A program made the position numbers and the translations under genes. Source: Myxococcota bacterium (GTDB lineage: Bacteria > Myxococcota_A > SURF-8). Taken from it: DNA of 64,000 bases. This document shows, one piece after another, positions 29,467 through 39,256 of this stretch (the first letter of the stretch is position 1; the number at the start of each line of letters is the position of its first letter). The notes beneath the pieces are model-generated. The model did not search any database, was not told the origin of the DNA, and saw only the letters and a program-made list of their open reading frames with translations. The stretch covers positions 1,024,001 through 1,088,000 of the forward strand of contig CAXXQS010000002.1 in assembly GCA_963674735.2 (NCBI GenBank). The letters are read 5' to 3'.

Positions 29467-30054
29467 ATGTTACGTGTCGGACCGCTCGGTTTGGGGGTGG
29501 GTATTTTTATGCTGGTGATAAGCTGGACGGCGATCGCCTCGGCCAACTCCCCGGCCCCGCAAACCTATGTCGTCAATGCGGAAAACAACACCGTGACCAT
29601 TTGCCCCATGAGTTTCGACACCCGTTACTGCCCGGATGGCGGCGTCATGCTGCGACTCGATGTCGACACTCGCGAGGCGGTGGAGTTGGCCGGATTCTGC
29701 GACAGCGGCGAATGTTTTGTCGATGAATGCGTCCCGGCCGGCACCTACCGCTATGGCTTCGCCGAACCCTTCGAGTGCGTGGAAGAAGCCAACACCGACT
29801 ATTTCAGCGAAGTGACGGTAGAGGACGACTTGGGCGACTGCACGCTCAATCCCGAAAACAGCGGCGTTACACCGTTCAGCGGCGAGATGGCCTGGAGCGA
29901 TTGGCAGACACGCTGCTGGGGGCACTACGAAAGCAGTGAAGAAGATGACGGCTGCCGTGGCGTCGGCATGCTGTCGGCCCGCGTGCTGGGCTTGAACCTG
30001 CTCGTGGCATCCCTGGCCCTGCTAATTCTATGGCGGCGACGCCGGACAACCTGA
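29467..30054 (+). CDS. Secreted Cys-containing protein with MYXO-CTERM-like C-terminal anchor
   Basis: Signal peptide; C-terminal DDGC + hydrophobic helix + WRRRR; GGAGG RBS. Confidence 0.8.
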   Translation: MLRVGPLGLGVGIFMLVISWTAIASANSPAPQTYVVNAENNTVTICPMSFDTRYCPDGGVMLRLDVDTREAVELAGFCDSGECFVDECVPAGTYRYGFAEPFECVEEANTDYFSEVTVEDDLGDCTLNPENSGVTPFSGEMAWSDWQTRCWGHYESSEEDDGCRGVGMLSARVLGLNLLVASLALLILWRRRRTT

Positions 30055-30387
30055 ATGCATCCCGTCCTGCAAGCCTGGCTTCTGACGGTCGCCCTGGAGA
30101 CACCGGTTGTTGCGCTGTTGTTTCCGGGACGACGAGGTTGGATGGCGCTGGTTTGCGTGATCGCCACAAGCGGCACCAATCTATACATGAATATCGGATT
30201 GCCGCGCTTCTTTAGCGACTTCGCCTATGGCTTGTTGCTGGGGGAAGCGCTGGCATTGGTGATTGAAGCGTTGATTTACGGAGTGGCCGCCCGCAAACTG
30301 GAGATCGTTAACCCCTTTGTAAAAGGCTGGCTCGCTTCGGCTTTGGCCAACAGCCTGAGTTACGGGGTAGGCATCGCGGTTTTGTAA
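30055..30387 (+). CDS. Small multi-pass membrane protein
   Basis: Abuts previous stop; LTVALETPV, GEALALVIEA, ANSLSY in hydrophobic helices. Confidence 0.7.
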   Translation: MHPVLQAWLLTVALETPVVALLFPGRRGWMALVCVIATSGTNLYMNIGLPRFFSDFAYGLLLGEALALVIEALIYGVAARKLEIVNPFVKGWLASALANSLSYGVGIAVL

Positions 30388-30442
30388 CTGCCGAGCGGCC
30401 GCCTTCAACATACACCTTCACGTTGAGCTATTTCCGTGAAAT

Positions 30443-31684
30443 CTAGGGGTGATCGGTTTCTTGTTTCACCTTCTCGATTTGGCCACCATGGGCGAGCTTG
30501 TAGATCTGGCTGACAATGTAACGGGCGAAGGCGAAGGAACTGGTGAAAGCCGGTGATACGGCGTTCAGGACATGCATGGATTTATTGTCACCCTCCAACA
30601 CGAAATCCATCTCCAACCGTCGCGTCAGAATATCGTATAATTGGGCACGAATACCGGGTTTTCCCCAGCTCGGGTACAGATCAGGGTCGACATTGTCCAC
30701 CATTTCGGAACCCAGCTCCACCATATGCTTGATGGAGTGTTTGCTGATCTCGGCCGGAATGTCGACACCGGAGCCGAGCATCACGCCCAACTGGCGGAAG
30801 ACGATATCAAAAAATTCACCTAAACTGAAATTGTCCAGCCCGTCATAATGTTCGCGCCACAGTCCGGGTGAAGCCGAGGGGCCGATTTTGATGTGCTCAT
30901 CGGGCGTCAGGATGAAATGAATGCCTAAAAACGGGTTGGCCAGGTTGGGGGCGGGATAAATATGCGTGTGCAACCCGCCCGCCATCTCTTTGGAATTGAC
31001 ATACATCCCACGAAACGGAAGAATGCGGTAGCGATGTCCGAACCCGAAATCACGCGCCACCACATCGGCATACAGCCCGGCGGCGTTGATCACGTAGCCC
31101 GCTTCGTAGGCGTGCAAATCGGTCAGGACGACGTTGGAGTCGCGGCTGCCTCGGCGCAAGTAACGAATCCCGAGCTGAAGCCGGATGCCCGCCTTCATGA
31201 GAGCTTCGGTTTTGAGTTGCCCCATGACCCGCACCGGATCGAAAGCTGCGGAAGTGGGAGAATAGAGCGCTCGACCGACGGTTTTAACACGCGGTTCGAT
31301 TTCCCGTGCTTCCTCGGTCGTAACCATTTGAACTTCGACATTGTTGGCTTGGGCACGCGCGTAAAGTTCGTCCAAAATAGGGAAATCGGATTCGCTACGA
31401 GCCACCACCAACTTGCCGCAGCGGTTGAACGGCAATTTGTGCTCCTGGCAGTACTGACTCATCATCAGGTTACCCTCGCGGGTAAGCTTGGCTTTCAGTG
31501 AATCCGCATCATAGTAGAAACCGGCATGCAGCACCCCGCTATTCCTACCGGAAGCATGCTTGGCAACGTCCGCCTCTTTCTCAATGAGAATCACGTGCTG
31601 ATCGGGAAAACGACGCTTTAGCTCCCGAGCAATACTGATGCCGACGATCCCCGCCCCAATGATTAGAAAGTCTGTTTTAATCAT
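30443..31684 (-). CDS. lhgO: L-2-hydroxyglutarate oxidase family FAD oxidoreductase
   Basis: GAGIVG, HASGRNSGVLHAG, PFLGIHF, GIRAQ, NAVSPAFT. Confidence 0.85.
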   Translation of the reverse strand: MIKTDFLIIGAGIVGISIARELKRRFPDQHVILIEKEADVAKHASGRNSGVLHAGFYYDADSLKAKLTREGNLMMSQYCQEHKLPFNRCGKLVVARSESDFPILDELYARAQANNVEVQMVTTEEAREIEPRVKTVGRALYSPTSAAFDPVRVMGQLKTEALMKAGIRLQLGIRYLRRGSRDSNVVLTDLHAYEAGYVINAAGLYADVVARDFGFGHRYRILPFRGMYVNSKEMAGGLHTHIYPAPNLANPFLGIHFILTPDEHIKIGPSASPGLWREHYDGLDNFSLGEFFDIVFRQLGVMLGSGVDIPAEISKHSIKHMVELGSEMVDNVDPDLYPSWGKPGIRAQLYDILTRRLEMDFVLEGDNKSMHVLNAVSPAFTSSFAFARYIVSQIYKLAHGGQIEKVKQETDHP

Positions 31685-31811
31685 ACCAATCCCACGCAAA
31701 TGTAAGATTTACAAACAACCCCTCACTGCAACACTGGAGCTAAATCCCGCTGTTACTCTCTATTATCGGATGAAAACGGTGATAGAACCACAAAAAAATC
31801 GAAACTCACTC

Positions 31812-32852
31812 TTAAATTTCTCCCTCACCCCCGATAATTTTCGGGATATTGACGTCGTATGGCGGTAATATTACACCCTTTTCGGTGATAATGCCCGCCA
31901 CCAGCTCATGTGGCGTAACATCGAAGGCCGGATTCCAAACCGGCACATCGGCGGCCCAGGTACAGTCGCCGAAACCGCGGACCTCCTGCGGGTCCCGTTC
32001 TTCGATCGGAATTTGATCGCCGCTCTCAATCGTCAAATCGATCGTAGATGAAGGCAAGGCGGCGTAAAACGGAATCCCGTGATATTTCGCGAGGACAGCC
32101 ACCCCATACGTCCCGATCTTGTTGGCCACATCGCCGTTGCGCACGGTCCGGTCGGAACCGACCACCACGGCTTGCACCTTGCCCGAGCGCATCAAAACCG
32201 CCGCCATATTGTCGGTAAGCAGCGTAACCGGGATGCCTTCCTCGGCCATTTCATAAGCCGTCAGACGCGCACCTTGTAGCAGCGGACGGGTTTCGTCGGC
32301 ATAAACGTGAATTTTTTTGCCTTGTTCCCAGGCGGCGCGGAAGACGCCCAAGGCGGTCCCGTAGCCGCCGGTGGCCAACGCTCCGGCATTGCAATGGGTG
32401 AGAACGCCATCGCCGTCTTTGAGCAACTCGGCCCCGAAGCGCCCCATGGCGCGGTTCATGGCGATATCTTCCGCATGGATGGCCTGAGCCTCCGCGAGCA
32501 TGCGCTCGATCAATTCGGGACTGTTCTTGTACTCGCTGTATACACCACGCATACGCTTCAGAGCCCAAAAGAGATTGACGGCGGTGGGGCGGGTGGCCGC
32601 CAACGCCTGCTCCACGGCATCGTAATGGGCGTCGCTGAGCGCTTCACCCGTATCGGCTTTTTCTTTCAACCCGACCACCAGCCCGAAAGCGGTCGCGATT
32701 CCGATGGCGGGAGCCCCGCGTACGCTCAAGCGGCGGATGGCTTCACAAACGATCTGATGATCGCGACAGTGGATATAGGTCACCTCTTTGGGAAGAAGCG
32801 TCTGGTCGAGCAAATATAAACGATCGTCACGCCATACGATGGCATCCGCCAT
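31812..32852 (-). CDS. mtnA: S-methyl-5-thioribose-1-phosphate isomerase
   Basis: LDQTLLP, VRGAPAIG, RPTAVNL, THCNAG, ETRP, NKIGTY, NPAFDVTP. Confidence 0.95.
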   Translation of the reverse strand: MADAIVWRDDRLYLLDQTLLPKEVTYIHCRDHQIVCEAIRRLSVRGAPAIGIATAFGLVVGLKEKADTGEALSDAHYDAVEQALAATRPTAVNLFWALKRMRGVYSEYKNSPELIERMLAEAQAIHAEDIAMNRAMGRFGAELLKDGDGVLTHCNAGALATGGYGTALGVFRAAWEQGKKIHVYADETRPLLQGARLTAYEMAEEGIPVTLLTDNMAAVLMRSGKVQAVVVGSDRTVRNGDVANKIGTYGVAVLAKYHGIPFYAALPSSTIDLTIESGDQIPIEERDPQEVRGFGDCTWAADVPVWNPAFDVTPHELVAGIITEKGVILPPYDVNIPKIIGGEGEI

Positions 32853-33049
32853 GAGAGCCTCCATTCAGGTCGTTTTCAGCGGTCCGAACATAGCGCCAAG
32901 TATCCGATGATGCAAGTGAAAAGTACACCGAAACCTTTCGGATCGTGACCAGGCGGCAAGCGAGAATCAGAAATCGGGAATCGTCCGGCCGCCCGGATCG
33001 CTCTTGCAAACTAGGGTTTGGAATCGAATATTGTCAGGGTGGGGCATTG

Positions 33050-34564
33050 ATGAAAGCATGGGTGTTTTTATTTTTGGCGGGGTGGTTGGCCGCCTGCGGA
33101 AATGTCAACGGAAACGGCGACGACATCGAGGCCGGTTCCGAAACGGACGGCGACAACCTGAAAACCGACGGCGACCTCGATGCAACTCCGCCTCCCTTGC
33201 CGGACTTCAGCGACGAAACCGTCGAATTTCATGTGCAATTCGACTCGAACAACAGTGTTTTATCGGATTGGAGCGCCATCGATTTCGGAACGGCAGGCGG
33301 AACCGGGTCGGATTGGTCGGTAATGGGAGACGGCTTGACTCAGTGGAACCTGGTGGCCGGCAGCAGCGAAACCGATCCGATCCCCGAGCAAAGCGCCTTG
33401 CGATCATCGGAATTGCGTTATAAACGGCATGCTCCACGCGTGTGGGCTCTGCGCATACAGTTTACGTTGTATGGCGGGGCGGGCGGCATCGGCCTGACCC
33501 TGGGAAACGGCCGGCATGAATTGCTTTACTGTGCGGATGTCGACTTGTGCGGGGGCGTGTTTTTACGCTGGCGCAGCCAGGGCGAGACACGGGCCCTGGT
33601 CGCAATCGACCCCTTGGCCAAGGGCGAGCGGCAGGAATGGCGGATCGCGGTCGACCAGGGCTGGGCACGCTGGCTGGTCGGCGATACGCAGCAAATGGCC
33701 TTCCCCCTGGAAACCGAAATCGAGGGTGAAATCGGGATTCTAGCCTACGGCGCCCCGGATTTTCGCATTCACGAATTAGACCTGTGGGGGCAGTTGGGAT
33801 CTCCGCGCGACCCCCCCGGCCGCCACTGGAGTATTGTCGCCAACCACGGAGCCGGTTTGAGCAGCCCACGGAATCTCTTTCCCGAACACACCCTGGTTGC
33901 TTTCGCCCACGGACAAGCGGCCGGAGCCGACTTTATCGGCGTGGATGTGCGGCTCAGTCGCGATGGCGCGCCGGTTCTGTTGCACAACTCCCGTCTCGAC
34001 ATCACCACCGATTGTACGGGCAATGTCGCCGATCTCGATTGGGAAACGATCTCCGCCTGCCGAGCCGAAAAGGGATCTCCCTGGGAGGGATCCGAACAGT
34101 TCGTTTTGCGCTTGGAACAAGCGGTGGATGCTTTCCCAGCGGCCCGTTGGCTGATCGAACTCCAAGCAGGCAACAATGAGACGGCGGATGTCGAGAGCAT
34201 GAATACCGTGATCACCCTCATGGAAGAACGTGGGCTGTGTGGCGGAAGTTGGATCGGCTCACGCGACTTAAACGTGCTGATCGAGGCTCGTAAACGTAGC
34301 GACATCGCCAACTTGGCCTGGGTGCTGGAGACCGTAACCCTGGACGATGTCGACCGGGCGGTGCTTGAAGGCTTGGATGGCCTGGTGTTACCTCCCGGTG
34401 CAATGGACACCGCCACGCGCTTGCGCGCCTTGGAAGAAGGATTGCACCTGTTTATGGGACCGGTGGATACCCCGCAGAATCTGGATGAGTGGGTTGGCGA
34501 CGGCACGGAAGGCTTCATCACCAATCGTCCCGATCGACTGGCCGGATCGGCCTGGCCTTTGTAA
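33050..34564 (+). CDS. Lipoprotein with beta-sandwich-like domain and degenerate GDPD domain
   Basis: Lipobox LAAC; DVRLSRDG..VLLH, GFITNRPD; catalytic motifs altered. Confidence 0.75.
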   Translation: MKAWVFLFLAGWLAACGNVNGNGDDIEAGSETDGDNLKTDGDLDATPPPLPDFSDETVEFHVQFDSNNSVLSDWSAIDFGTAGGTGSDWSVMGDGLTQWNLVAGSSETDPIPEQSALRSSELRYKRHAPRVWALRIQFTLYGGAGGIGLTLGNGRHELLYCADVDLCGGVFLRWRSQGETRALVAIDPLAKGERQEWRIAVDQGWARWLVGDTQQMAFPLETEIEGEIGILAYGAPDFRIHELDLWGQLGSPRDPPGRHWSIVANHGAGLSSPRNLFPEHTLVAFAHGQAAGADFIGVDVRLSRDGAPVLLHNSRLDITTDCTGNVADLDWETISACRAEKGSPWEGSEQFVLRLEQAVDAFPAARWLIELQAGNNETADVESMNTVITLMEERGLCGGSWIGSRDLNVLIEARKRSDIANLAWVLETVTLDDVDRAVLEGLDGLVLPPGAMDTATRLRALEEGLHLFMGPVDTPQNLDEWVGDGTEGFITNRPDRLAGSAWPL

Positions 34565-34658
34565 ACTCGATTCACATCGCATACAGCACAACACGTAAAA
34601 CTATTTTCAGGATGAAACGGCTTGACTTGCCCAAATAGCCTGTGCTAAAAATGACGGG

Positions 34659-34678
34659 CTGAATGAATGGTCATTCAG
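34659..34678. promoter_or_regulatory. Palindromic TetR operator resembling the Bacillus FadR box
   Basis: CTGAATGA-ATGG-TCATTCAG downstream of TTGACT (34622) and upstream of the TetR gene. Confidence 0.7.
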
Positions 34679-34704
34679 TATACTCAAAGCACCGATCTTG
34701 CTCA

Positions 34705-35322
34705 ATGAAGACAAAACTCATGAATGGATCGCGAAACAACGATAAACACAAACGGATTCTTGATGCTGCGGTTAAAGTTTTCGCCCGGAACGGCTTCTTC
34801 AACTCAAAAGTAGCTGAAATAGCGAAAGAAGCCAACGTCGCGGACGGCACCATCTACCTGTATTTCAAGAACAAGGACGACATCCTGATCTCCCTGTTCG
34901 AATACCGCATGAATCAAGTGATCTCGCTGTTGAATGATCGAATGAAGGGCGTGGACGACCCGATCGAGAAAGTACGCATCTTCATCAACGCCCATTTCGA
35001 ACTTCTGGAACAACACCCCAACTTGGCGGCCGTCATCACCCTGGAGTTGCGCCAGTCGACCAAATTCATGAAAGAATACGACAATCAGAAATTCATGGAT
35101 TATCTGGGTATCCTTTCCGACATCATTAAAGACGGGACAACGAAGGGGATATTCCGCAACGATCTATCCCCCGGCATCATCAAGCGCGCCTTTTTCGGCA
35201 TGATGGATGAGCTGGGCTTGTATTACGTGTTGTCATCACCCAACAGCCAGTACAGTTGCCGGATGATGGCCGACCAAATGACGAATTTCGTTCTGAGCGC
35301 GCTGTTGAAATTAAACGGATAA
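34705..35322 (+). CDS. TetR/AcrR family regulator (FadR/YsiA-like)
   Basis: ILDAAVKVFA..GF, IAKEANVADGTIYLYFKNKDDIL, ELRQS; start may be 34720. Confidence 0.9.
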   Translation: MKTKLMNGSRNNDKHKRILDAAVKVFARNGFFNSKVAEIAKEANVADGTIYLYFKNKDDILISLFEYRMNQVISLLNDRMKGVDDPIEKVRIFINAHFELLEQHPNLAAVITLELRQSTKFMKEYDNQKFMDYLGILSDIIKDGTTKGIFRNDLSPGIIKRAFFGMMDELGLYYVLSSPNSQYSCRMMADQMTNFVLSALLKLNG

Positions 35323-35421
35323 TACGGGACCTCCCGCCATAAAGGATTGACAAATCCTTCGGGTTTGATAATAGTTCGATGCTATCGCTTTTTTAAAAAC
35401 GATTAGGAAGGAGGCACGCGC

Positions 35422-36177
35422 ATGAAAATTCTGGTGATGTGCAAACAAGTACCGGATCCCGACATTAAGGTGAAATTGAACGCCGACGGGACGGGCATCA
35501 ACACGGACGGCATGAAGTTCGTGGTGAACCCTTTCGATGAGATTGCCAACGAAGAAGCCCTGCGCATCCATGAGAAAAATGGCGGCGCCGAGGTTGTCGT
35601 TCTGGGTATCGGCCCGAAAGACATCACGACGCAGATTCGCAGTTGTCTGGCCATGGGCTCCAACCGCGGTATCCACGTGGTGACCGATGACGTAATCGAC
35701 CCCGATAACGTGGCTCGGATCATCCAGAAGGTGATGGACGACGAGAAACCCGACCTGGTTCTCATCGGCAAGCAAGCCGTCGACGACGACTCCGGCCAGG
35801 CCGGCCAGATTCTTTCCGCCCTCACCGGCTATCCGCAGGCCTGCTATGCCTCGGAAATCGTCCTTGACGACGGCAAGACCAAAGCCACGGTGACCCGCGA
35901 AATCGACGGTGGACTCGAAACCATCGACGTCAATTTCCCGGCCATCATCACCGCCGACCTGCGTCTCAACGAACCGCGCTACGCATCGTTGCCCAACATC
36001 ATGAAGGCCAAGCGCAAAGAAATCAAAGCACTCTCCCTGGATGACCTGGGCTTCACACCCAGCCCCAAGGTGAAATTGATCAGCTTGACCGCTCCGCCGG
36101 AGCGTCAGGCGGGCGTCATCGTCAAGACGGTTGACGAACTGGTCGACAAACTCATCAACGAGGCCAAGGTCATCTAA
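35422..36177 (+). CDS. etfB: Electron transfer flavoprotein beta subunit
   Basis: KQVPD, NPFDE, GKQAVDDD, LNEPRYASL. Confidence 0.95.
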   Translation: MKILVMCKQVPDPDIKVKLNADGTGINTDGMKFVVNPFDEIANEEALRIHEKNGGAEVVVLGIGPKDITTQIRSCLAMGSNRGIHVVTDDVIDPDNVARIIQKVMDDEKPDLVLIGKQAVDDDSGQAGQILSALTGYPQACYASEIVLDDGKTKATVTREIDGGLETIDVNFPAIITADLRLNEPRYASLPNIMKAKRKEIKALSLDDLGFTPSPKVKLISLTAPPERQAGVIVKTVDELVDKLINEAKVI

Positions 36178-36216
36178 CACAAGCTCCCACGGGAGTTGCA
36201 AAAATAGGAGAGACCC

Positions 36217-37182
36217 ATGTCGGTTTTGATCCTTGCGGAACAGAAAAAAGGGAAACTGGTTAAGGCGTCGCTGGGCGTCATGAACATCGGCGCCACCATC
36301 GCTTCCAAGATGGGCACCGATTACAACGTGCTGCTCATCGGCGAAGGCGCCAAAGACGCGGCCGCGGCCGCCGTCAACTCGGGTGCGGGCAAAGTGTTCG
36401 TGGCCGAGGGTGACAAAGTCGCCACTTATATGGACGAGCTTTGGGCGGACATCACGCTGGACGTGGCCAACACCGCGGGCGCGACGGTCGTGCTCGGCCT
36501 GGCCACCACCCAGGGTAAAGCGGTCATGCCGCGTGTCGCGGCCAAACTGGATGCCGGTATGGCTTCGGAAATCACCGGCGTCACCGACGATCTGCATTTC
36601 ATCCGCCCGGTGTATGCCGGTAACTTGAATGCCGAAGTCGAAATCACCACCGAGAAGAAGGTTGCCACCGTGCGCGGGACCGCCTTCGAACCCATCGCCG
36701 AAGGCGCTGCCGCCGCCATCGAAGACGTGGCCATCGCCGCCGATCCGGCCGGTTACAACAAAGCGTTCGTGAAACTCGAAGAAACCGTCTCCGACCGTCC
36801 TCCGCTGACCGAAGCGGCCGTGGTGGTCTCGGGTGGTCGCGGCCTGAAAGCCGCCGAGAATTACAAAATCGTCGAAGAGCTGGCCGACCTTCTGGGCGGC
36901 GCGGTCGGCGCAACCCGCGCCACCGTCGATGCGGGCTGGATCCACAATGATTACCAGGTGGGTCAGACCGGTAAAATCGTCGCTCCCGACCTGTACATCG
37001 CGGTCGGTCTTTCCGGTGCGATCCAGCATCTCGCCGGTATGAAAGACTCCAAAGTCATCGTGGCCATCAACAAGGACGAAGAGGCTCCGATTTTCTCGGT
37101 TGCCGATTACGGCCTGGTCGCCGATCTCTTCGAAGTCGTGCCCGATCTGGTTCAGAAAGTCAAAGCCGCCAAGCAAGGCTAA
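36217..37182 (+). CDS. etfA: Electron transfer flavoprotein alpha subunit
   Basis: RPVYAGN, VSGGRG, QVGQTGK, SGAIQH, AINKD.EAPIF. Confidence 0.95.
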   Translation: MSVLILAEQKKGKLVKASLGVMNIGATIASKMGTDYNVLLIGEGAKDAAAAAVNSGAGKVFVAEGDKVATYMDELWADITLDVANTAGATVVLGLATTQGKAVMPRVAAKLDAGMASEITGVTDDLHFIRPVYAGNLNAEVEITTEKKVATVRGTAFEPIAEGAAAAIEDVAIAADPAGYNKAFVKLEETVSDRPPLTEAAVVVSGGRGLKAAENYKIVEELADLLGGAVGATRATVDAGWIHNDYQVGQTGKIVAPDLYIAVGLSGAIQHLAGMKDSKVIVAINKDEEAPIFSVADYGLVADLFEVVPDLVQKVKAAKQG

Positions 37183-37203
37183 GCTTTCACCACCATTCAG
37201 ACT

Positions 37204-37236
37204 AAAAACGGTCGTCCGAAAGGGCGGCCGTTTTTT
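37204..37236 (+). terminator. Intrinsic (possibly bidirectional) terminator after etfA
   Basis: AAAAACGGTCGTCC-GAAA-GGGCGGCCGTTTTTT. Confidence 0.85.
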
Positions 37237-37390
37237 GTGTGCATGAATGGGATGGATTCGCACAAACGGTCATCCAATGAGTCGTAAACATGGACAAATC
37301 TGTGGACATAATCATTGACAACATTGTTGTGGTAATATAATAATATTTAATATTATCATACAGATAATATGGACGCGATGGAGGACATTC

Positions 37391-38566
37391 ATGAGGACAT
37401 ACGAGCGGACACATCACTGGCTTAAATTTTCCCTCGATTTACGCCAGGCGTCCCCCGACCTGTGGATGAAATTGGGCGAAGCGCAATCGAAATGCGAGCA
37501 TATCGCCGGTGTGCCCCTGGACAAGGAAACGGAAAAACAGCTTCACCTACTCTATCTCACCAAAGGCGCGCTGGCCACGACTGCAATCGAGGGCAACACG
37601 CTAACGGAAGAAGAAGTCCGCGCTCGTATTGAAGGCCAGTTGGAACTACCGTTATCCAAGGAATATCTGGGGCAAGAGATCGACAATATCGTCAACGCCT
37701 GCAATGAAATTACCAAAAGTTTGATCGACAACCCATCCGCCGAGTTGTCCGTCGAGCGGATACGCCGTTTCAATCGCCAGATTCTCCATAAACTGCCGAT
37801 GAGCGAAGAAAAAAGCCCCGGGGAGATACGACAGGTTTCCGTTGGCGTTGGTCGCTATCGGGGCGCACCGGCCGAAGACTGCGACTATTTACTTGAACGC
37901 CTATGCCGGTGGATCAACGAACAAAAAGCTGAAGCAGGAAAAAAAAACCGTATCGCCAATGGCATTCTGAGAGCTATCATCGCACATATTTATCTTGTCT
38001 GGATTCATCCTTTCGCCGACGGCAACGGGCGCACGGCGCGTTTGATCGAGTTCATGATCTTGCTTGATGCGGGCGTTCCTTCACCGGCCGTTCATCTGCT
38101 GAGCAATCATTACAACCAAACCCGAATGGTTTATTATCAGGAACTGGATAAGGCTAGCCGTTCAGGCGGTGATTTGCAGCCGTTCATGGAATACGCCCTG
38201 CAAGGGTTGGTGGATGGTCTCAAAGAGCAGCTTATGCGCATTCGAGATTATCAGTGGGATGTTATCTGGCGAGATTACGTCTATAAAACGTTCAAAACAC
38301 ACAAAGCGAAATCGTCCAGCACGGTCAATGCCAGAAGGCGAGATCTCGTTCTGGCGTTACCGGCCAATGAAGCATTCACCCCCATTCGCCGGTTGAACAT
38401 GATCACCCCGGAGATTGCCAGAGCTTATGCCGAGAAGACAACAAAAACCATCTCTCGCGATTTGAATGTTCTTGAAGAAATGGGCTTGGTTCAAATTTCG
38501 AAGTCCGGCGTCCGCGCCAGACGAGACAGTATTCTCGCTTTCCTGCCGATGCAAAAACACGAGTGA
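37391..38566 (+). CDS. Fic domain protein with internal inhibitory motif and C-terminal HTH-like region
   Basis: HPFADGNGRTAR; TTAIEGN; KTISRDLNVLEEMGLV. Confidence 0.9.
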   Translation: MRTYERTHHWLKFSLDLRQASPDLWMKLGEAQSKCEHIAGVPLDKETEKQLHLLYLTKGALATTAIEGNTLTEEEVRARIEGQLELPLSKEYLGQEIDNIVNACNEITKSLIDNPSAELSVERIRRFNRQILHKLPMSEEKSPGEIRQVSVGVGRYRGAPAEDCDYLLERLCRWINEQKAEAGKKNRIANGILRAIIAHIYLVWIHPFADGNGRTARLIEFMILLDAGVPSPAVHLLSNHYNQTRMVYYQELDKASRSGGDLQPFMEYALQGLVDGLKEQLMRIRDYQWDVIWRDYVYKTFKTHKAKSSSTVNARRRDLVLALPANEAFTPIRRLNMITPEIARAYAEKTTKTISRDLNVLEEMGLVQISKSGVRARRDSILAFLPMQKHE

Positions 38567-38575
38567 CCCGATCGA

Positions 38576-39046
38576 TTAATTCGATTCCCCCAACCATTCC
38601 TGCACCGCTTGTTCGGCCATGTCGAAGCGTGCATCGCCTGCGGGTAGGACGGCCACCACGTCGCTCACCTCCGGTGGCGGAGGCTCCGCACCGACCCACA
38701 GTTTGGGCCAAGGGCTCCCTTTGTGCCCTTCCACGAGCACAAGATCCACGTCCACGGGCAGGCTTTGCAGAATCGCCTCCATGGCGTCGGGACCGTCGTC
38801 CGTCATGCGCCAGCGCATGAATCCCTGGGTCGGGTCATGGGCGAGCACCACCGCCGCCCCGGCATCGAAAAAACGCGCCGAATCTTTTCCGGGTGTGTCG
38901 ACGCTCAAACGATGGGCGTCGTGCTTGAGTACCGCCAAGCGCAAGCCGCGCGCCTGCAGGCGCAGAATCAACGCCTCGATCAGCGTCGTTTTACCCGATC
39001 CTGAATAGCCGCAGACAGCCAGAACCGGCAGAGCTTTTTTCGTCAT
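38576..39046 (-). CDS. mobB: Molybdopterin-guanine dinucleotide biosynthesis protein B
   Basis: GYSGSGKTT, KHDAH, D.PGKDS, DLVLVEG.K. Confidence 0.9.
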   Translation of the reverse strand: MTKKALPVLAVCGYSGSGKTTLIEALILRLQARGLRLAVLKHDAHRLSVDTPGKDSARFFDAGAAVVLAHDPTQGFMRWRMTDDGPDAMEAILQSLPVDVDLVLVEGHKGSPWPKLWVGAEPPPPEVSDVVAVLPAGDARFDMAEQAVQEWLGESN

Positions 39047-39256
39047 TCGAACCTCCTTCTCGCTGCTTCCGTTATAGGGTTTACCGATGGCGAGTGCAAG
39101 CCCAAATACCCCGTGATTCCTGCTCTTTCGCCTTGACGCGCCAGGGTTCGAGGAGTAGAACTAGCAACGGGTGTGCCGCCACGCCACCCGCCGACCATTG
39201 TCAACGGTGCAAACAATGAAAAATGGCCGGACCATCCTGGTGCAAGGAGGACGCAC

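Noticed and set aside
35311-37263. 650-aa minus-strand ORF, and similar long ORFs at 51582-53303, 45498-47192, 53868-55283, 59894-61237 and 17327-18604
   Set aside because: Antisense shadows of well-supported genes, expected with high GC3 codon bias; no recognisable motifs
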